Part shown: positions 26,873-30,643 of the stretch, one piece after another
Layout of the letters: each line of letters opens with the position of its first letter
Numbering within the stretch: position 1 is the first letter of the stretch
IMG/VR virus record: IMGVR_UViG_3300035670_000104
Length of the DNA stretch: 30,643 bases
Direction: 5' to 3' (one strand)
Source of the DNA: an uncultured virus (IMG/VR IMGVR_UViG_3300035670_000104)
Taxonomy: Duplodnaviria; Heunggongvirae; Uroviricota; Caudoviricetes
Position numbers and translations under genes: made by a program
Notes under the pieces: generated by a model
Told to the model about the DNA's origin: nothing
The model's database searches: none
The model's input: only the letters and a program-made list of their open reading frames with translations

Positions 26873-27052
26873 TTACGAAACTGTCACTTCATTTGTGCAT
26901 ACCGGGCAAACAATATATCTCCAAGTATCCCTGCCGCCATCAATATCAACTGTGTTTTGTTCTTTCACATCGGTGAATACGTAACTTAGCTTACTTCCGC
27001 ACTTTCTGCAAGATACTTCTCGTTCTGTCTGAGGACTTACAACTTTAACCAT
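26873..27052 (-). CDS. Zinc-ribbon protein (59 aa)
   Basis: MVKVVSPQTEREVSCRKCGSKL...YIVCPVCTNEVTVS; two CxxC motifs; SD AAGGAG. Confidence 0.75.
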   Translation of the reverse strand: MVKVVSPQTEREVSCRKCGSKLSYVFTDVKEQNTVDIDGGRDTWRYIVCPVCTNEVTVS

Positions 27053-27221
27053 TCTTCATCTCCTTCTTTGGTTTAAATTTCTCAATGACTTCCATTAGCT
27101 TTCTGTGTGCAACGTCTTGCTCAAGGAGACATCCACCACAAATAAGCCAATAACCTGTGAACTGACCACCTTCTTCTATAAGGTTTTCTGTAGCACCACA
27201 ATGCACACAACATTGTTCCAT
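27045..27221 (-). CDS. Small Cys-rich protein (58 aa)
   Basis: MEQCCVHCGA...ICGGCLL...; SD AAGGA; tightly coupled to both neighbours. Confidence 0.68.
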   Translation of the reverse strand: MEQCCVHCGATENLIEEGGQFTGYWLICGGCLLEQDVAHRKLMEVIEKFKPKKEMKNG

Positions 27222-27224
27222 TAT

Positions 27225-27590
27225 TTATTCCTTTCGGTAATTAAATCCATACTCTGTCCAATGCTCACCATCTACAACATCAGAAAATTTCTTAATCAGT
27301 TCTACACGCCACTCTGGTACGTTAGATGGAACACTCTTAATTCCCATTATCCAAGGAGTGTTTCGTTCTTCTTCAGCCTCTTCCTTAGCTCCCCAGTAGT
27401 GTTGATGTGAAACAACAACCGTCATCCCGTGGCAAGTTTGAGTCTCTAAGTCCGTTCCAGGGTACTTTACATGCCACAAGAGTACAATATCCCCTGTGTG
27501 CAGTTCTTTTTCTTCTCCCCAACGGCCATTCAGTGTAACTGGAGTCCCAACATCACACAAGCAACATTCTCCACTATAAACACGTAACAT
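27225..27590 (-). CDS. Hypothetical protein (121 aa)
   Basis: Strong SD AGGAGG. Confidence 0.78.
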   Translation of the reverse strand: MLRVYSGECCLCDVGTPVTLNGRWGEEKELHTGDIVLLWHVKYPGTDLETQTCHGMTVVVSHQHYWGAKEEAEEERNTPWIMGIKSVPSNVPEWRVELIKKFSDVVDGEHWTEYGFNYRKE

Positions 27591-27618
27591 ATTTCCTCCT
27601 TTGTTTGAACATGACTGT

Positions 27619-27648
27619 AGTGTAGCACAGATTTCTAGAACACAACAA
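27619..27648 (-). promoter_or_regulatory. Possible sigma70 promoter
   Basis: TTGTTG-18 nt-TACACT with extended -10 TG. Confidence 0.45.
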
Positions 27649-27664
27649 AGTCACTAAGTATTAG

Positions 27665-27895
27665 TCAAGAATTATACACAAGAACACCATTGCTATCTGT
27701 TTTGAATCCGTGTGAAGCCAACTCCTCTTCCCACAAGGACTTCCACTTGGTAAGCTCTTTCATAGCCTGTATGTGGCTTTCTCTTTGCGATCTTGTGATG
27801 TATGTGATGTACCTATACCACTTCAACTTCTTGAAAGAGTTTGAACTTACTCTAAGTTTTTGTACAAATAGCTCATCTTCTTTAGATACATTCAT
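27665..27895 (-). CDS. Hypothetical protein (76 aa)
   Basis: Start ATG 27895 (MNVSKED) with SD AAAGGAG; the upstream extension lies in a long hairpin. Confidence 0.68.
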   Translation of the reverse strand: MNVSKEDELFVQKLRVSSNSFKKLKWYRYITYITRSQRESHIQAMKELTKWKSLWEEELASHGFKTDSNGVLVYNS

Positions 27896-27929
27896 ATCTA
27901 CTCCTTTATATTTAATATAACTATATCTC

Positions 27930-28285
27930 TTATCCCTTGGTGAATCTTTTGAAGATACAGTTCGCCCTACTCTCATCAGCATTACCTGTATGAAAGCAGA
28001 ACCTGTAATCAAAAGAGTCACCAAGAGCTTATCCCCCGGAGCCACATGTTGTCAAGCTTTAGGCTTGATGTGTACATTTCTAGTTGTAGGTACACAGACA
28101 CAGTTGAGAATTTCTTGTCAGGTCTTCTCAAACACAATAGAGTAGGCTACAATCCTGTCTACTGCACATACTTACCTCAGTCCCTCCGCGTCTTGGACGT
28201 AGAACTTACACCGACTGTCTAGTACCTGTTGTTAAGAGATACACTACCGAAGTGTAAGAGCTATGAATGCTTTTACACATTCAAT
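27930..28285 (-). ncRNA. Putative long structured leader / ncRNA
   Basis: Follows the promoter at 28292-28320; multiple stems plus a ~95-nt rod whose G-U pairs work on the minus strand. Confidence 0.5.
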
Positions 28286-28291
28286 ACCTAA

Positions 28292-28320
28292 ATTGTACCA
28301 CGACTATGCTAAAAAGTCAA
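28292..28320 (-). promoter_or_regulatory. Sigma70 promoter (leftward)
   Basis: TTGACT-17 nt-TACAAT with extended -10 TG. Confidence 0.8.
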
Positions 28321-28349
28321 TACATAGTAAGGTAAAATGACTAAATTTG

Positions 28350-28379
28350 TTGCAAATATAGGTAGAGTTATGCTACAAT
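28350..28379 (+). promoter_or_regulatory. Sigma70 promoter (rightward 1)
   Basis: TTGCAA-18 nt-TACAAT with extended -10 TG. Confidence 0.65.
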
Positions 28380-28390
28380 AGGTCTTATTT

Positions 28391-28499
28391 CTTAAAACCC
28401 TGTACAGAACGCTCTAAAAACGATTTTAACCTCGTACCCTACCTCGGGTATTCCTGACGTAATTAAAACGTTTCTAGCCCTGTTTTGACGGGATTTAGG
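28391..28499 (+). ncRNA. Putative rod-shaped RNA
   Basis: Nested stems CCTGT/ACGGG, CAGAAC/GTTTTG, CTAAAAACG/CGTTTCTAG, TTTTAA/TTAAAA and TACCC/GGGTA; G-U pairs favour the plus strand. Confidence 0.45.
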
Positions 28500-28580
28500 G
28501 GTGTTTCTGTCGATGTTGCTTACTCACATCTTGTACTTGTGCAAAGTTTGGAAGAATTTTCAGAAAATTTCCTAGAGCTA

Positions 28581-28608
28581 TTGACAAATACGGAATTTGT
28601 GGTAGAAT
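28581..28608 (+). promoter_or_regulatory. Sigma70 promoter (rightward 2)
   Basis: TTGACA-16 nt-TAGAAT with extended -10 TG, about 30 nt before the ATG at 28639. Confidence 0.75.
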
Positions 28609-28638
28609 GGGTATAACAGATTGAGAAAAGGAGAAATT

Positions 28639-28837
28639 ATGAGCGAATGGCAACCTATTGAGACAGCGCCGAAGGATAAAAAAAATATTGGTCTGTCAAA
28701 AACGGAATTCAATAATTTCAACAGCACATGGTGTTGACGAGTATGGAAACTGGATAACAGGAGGAGGCCACATGGATTTTCTTGTTGGAGTTACACACTG
28801 GATGCCATTGCCTACGCCACCTAAAGAGGAAGACTAA
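28639..28837 (+). pseudogene. DUF551-family gene with a +1 frameshift in an A8 run
   Basis: MSEWQPIETAPKD and VTHWMPLPTPP are in different frames. Removing one A from 28678-28685 gives an intact 65-aa protein. Confidence 0.8.
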
Positions 28838-28841
28838 AACT

Positions 28842-29156
28842 ATGAAAATCACAGTAAAAGAATTGATGGAAGACATTCGTCGTCACACCATTCCAGTCGA
28901 TGTTACAGGGTATAGTTACGGAGTATTTGATGACCTGATTCCACGTTACAAAGTTGGTCTGAACTATGATGAAGTTAGTGCCGAACCTATTGTCAGTATT
29001 GTTAACTTCTATCTGAACAAGAAACTAAAAGAAATCGAGAAGACTAAGGAAGTAGGTGAAATTGTACTTACCTCTACAGAAGATGGAGAACTTGTTGCTG
29101 TAACACGGCAAGACGAAGAGGGACGGATTCTTAAACTGATTTGGAGTAAGAAATGA
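28842..29156 (+). CDS. Hypothetical protein (104 aa)
   Basis: Start MKITVKEL with SD GAGGA; C-terminal VAVTRQDEEGRILKLIW. Confidence 0.75.
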   Translation: MKITVKELMEDIRRHTIPVDVTGYSYGVFDDLIPRYKVGLNYDEVSAEPIVSIVNFYLNKKLKEIEKTKEVGEIVLTSTEDGELVAVTRQDEEGRILKLIWSKK

Positions 29157-29332
29157 ACAACAAAGAATTGGAACAACTTGTAAAGAGTGTGGTTCAGGAG
29201 GAAGATTGGGGCGAGGTTTATGATGGAAACTGTTTTCATCTAACGCCTTCTGAACTCAAGAAACTTATAAAGTTGTGCTCAACCAAAGAAAATCAAAATA
29301 ATAGAGCTTTGGCCTATAACGAAAATGAATAA
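29153..29332 (+). CDS. Hypothetical protein (59 aa)
   Basis: ATGA overlap with the upstream stop; SD GGAG; MNNKELEQLVKSVVQEEDWGEVYDG... Confidence 0.65.
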   Translation: MNNKELEQLVKSVVQEEDWGEVYDGNCFHLTPSELKKLIKLCSTKENQNNRALAYNENE

Positions 29333-29918
29333 CATTTATACAGAAATTGACACCCTGCTTACACATCACATAGATGACCAATTTGAGATGTCGGAGCTTT
29401 CTGACAGTCCTCTACTCTCTTTGCGTGTTAAAGACGGAGTAGTTGGTGTACACTGGAGAGAAAGCTTGACAGGAAATGAAGTTGAAGAGATTATTGAGAA
29501 GTACAAGTTTCGTTCTCTACTTCCCTCTTTCAACATCAACTTCACAATTCTAGGCTATGTAGAGAACAAGGAATTCTTTTTGTTTGCTCTATTCCTTGAA
29601 GGAAAGCAGCATGAGCAGTCTCCTAAAGAACGCTCGCATTTCATGGAATTGTTCAACAGTAATAGAGAAGGAGTGAAGCTACGGCATGTTCCTGTTCTTC
29701 CTTTTGTGTTGTCCCTACCAGGAGCTAAGGCAGCTTTGGAAAACGGCAGTAAATACGAAGATGTTGCCAAGTACACCATCAAAGCTATGGTAGAATTGTG
29801 TGAAGGAACAAGCCCTATGACTGGACGACCACGAAAGGGGCTTGTTATGAAATCACTTAGTTCTACGTATGCTTTTAAATGCTACAGTGAAAGTGCAATG
29901 CTAGAAGGAGATTTGTAA
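29325..29918 (+). CDS. RNA ligase (Rnl2/DRB0094-type) homologue, degenerate
   Basis: LRHVPVL and RKGLVMKS..YAFKCYS resemble the C-terminal ligase motifs (REGLVFKS..FSFKAIS), but the motif I position reads ELSDS rather than EKxDG. Confidence 0.55.
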   Translation: MNNIYTEIDTLLTHHIDDQFEMSELSDSPLLSLRVKDGVVGVHWRESLTGNEVEEIIEKYKFRSLLPSFNINFTILGYVENKEFFLFALFLEGKQHEQSPKERSHFMELFNSNREGVKLRHVPVLPFVLSLPGAKAALENGSKYEDVAKYTIKAMVELCEGTSPMTGRPRKGLVMKSLSSTYAFKCYSESAMLEGDL

Positions 29919-30247
29919 TGTCAAATGAAGAAATCATGGCTCTAGCTCAAGAGCATTGCTTGCACATCGACTTCTATCAAGGGATGGTGTATAAACCTCA
30001 ACGAGAGCCTGAAAAGTCTTGGTGTTGGACAACAATGGAAAATGGGGTGTATGCAGCTATTACAGACTGTGTAGCGAAGGTGAAGAAAATGGAAGAAGAG
30101 TTGCTAAATATTGACGCTGCAACTTCTTCCTTGAACACTATTCGTAAGATGCATGAGGTTGGTGCTGCTACAATAGAAGATGTAGAGCGTGCAGAAGAGA
30201 TTCTACGTAAAGTGTCTACTAACGTACCTAGTAAGGAGGTGTTTTGA
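29918..30247 (+). CDS. Hypothetical protein (109 aa)
   Basis: TAATG coupling with the upstream gene; SD AGGAG. Confidence 0.75.
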   Translation: MSNEEIMALAQEHCLHIDFYQGMVYKPQREPEKSWCWTTMENGVYAAITDCVAKVKKMEEELLNIDAATSSLNTIRKMHEVGAATIEDVERAEEILRKVSTNVPSKEVF

Positions 30248-30399
30248 TGTTGAATCATATTCACGCTTTTGTCGAAGGTAGGACTTCTTTTCTAGATGGA
30301 AAGTCTTTGGAAGATAATCCATATCGTGAAGGGACATTTCTCTCACAACAGTGGATTCTTGGTTGGAATCAAGGTTTGATTATTAAAGAAGGAGATTAA
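30247..30399 (+). CDS. Rmf/CrpP-like small protein (50 aa)
   Basis: MLNHIHAFVEGRTSFLDGKSLEDNPYREGTFLSQQWILGWNQGLIIKEGD has the A..G...G.....PY......W..GW pattern of ribosome modulation factor; SD AGGAGG. Confidence 0.62.
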   Translation: MLNHIHAFVEGRTSFLDGKSLEDNPYREGTFLSQQWILGWNQGLIIKEGD

Positions 30400-30400
30400 A

Positions 30401-30643
30401 ATGAGTATTGATATTAATGCTAAACTAATGTACGGACTTCCATATTGGGGTCTTGTTAAAAATCTACGGGAGGACTCTATTGAGTTGCTGAACGAGGAAA
30501 TTTATGATGGTGAATGGGATACAGCAAGCCCTTACTATGATTCTGAGATCACATCTTGGTTTATTGGGTATGCGCTCTCAGACTTTGATTCTTCTCATCT
30601 CTCACACATGATTACAGAGATGAAAGATATGGACGAGAAATTT
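30401..30643 (+). CDS. Hypothetical protein (partial)
   Basis: ATG 30401 with SD AAGGAG; open to the window end (MSIDINAKLMYGLPY...). Confidence 0.7.
   Translation, partial: MSIDINAKLMYGLPYWGLVKNLREDSIELLNEEIYDGEWDTASPYYDSEITSWFIGYALSDFDSSHLSHMITEMKDMDEKF

Noticed and set aside
27958..27982. Hammerhead-like CTGATGAG...GAA on the minus strand
   Set aside because: No stem II between the motifs, GAAC instead of GAAA, and the bases are already paired in the long rod.
1..30643. Stop-codon reassignment, CRISPR array or diversity-generating retroelement
   Set aside because: Core genes are full length in the standard code; no repeat-spacer array, reverse transcriptase or template/variable repeat pair was seen.

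Overview
A 30.6-kb segment of a lytic, contractile-tailed (myovirus-type) dsDNA phage genome. Gene order resembles PAK_P1/KPP10/Felix-O1-type phages and a Pseudomonas-like host is plausible; both are inference. From 1 to 22.5 kb on the minus strand lies a virion morphogenesis operon: intein-containing terminase large subunit, portal, XkdF-type protease, scaffold, decoration protein, major capsid, neck/head-tail genes, sheath, an inserted HNH-AP2 endonuclease with its own promoter, three tail-tube paralogues, a frameshifted tail assembly chaperone, tape measure, baseplate genes and a partial tail fibre. From 22.6 to 28.3 kb (minus) is an accessory region with small ORFs, three tRNAs and many structured non-coding segments. 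Two of those segments have a tRNA-like end with a large insert (mini-tmRNA-like topology), and one hairpin presents an anti-Shine-Dalgarno loop. Divergent sigma70 promoters sit at about 28.3 kb. The plus-strand genes after them include a frameshifted DUF551 gene, an apparently inactive RNA-ligase homologue and an Rmf-like peptide. All family assignments come from recalled motifs and synteny, and all RNA structures were paired by eye; no searches or folding programs were run.
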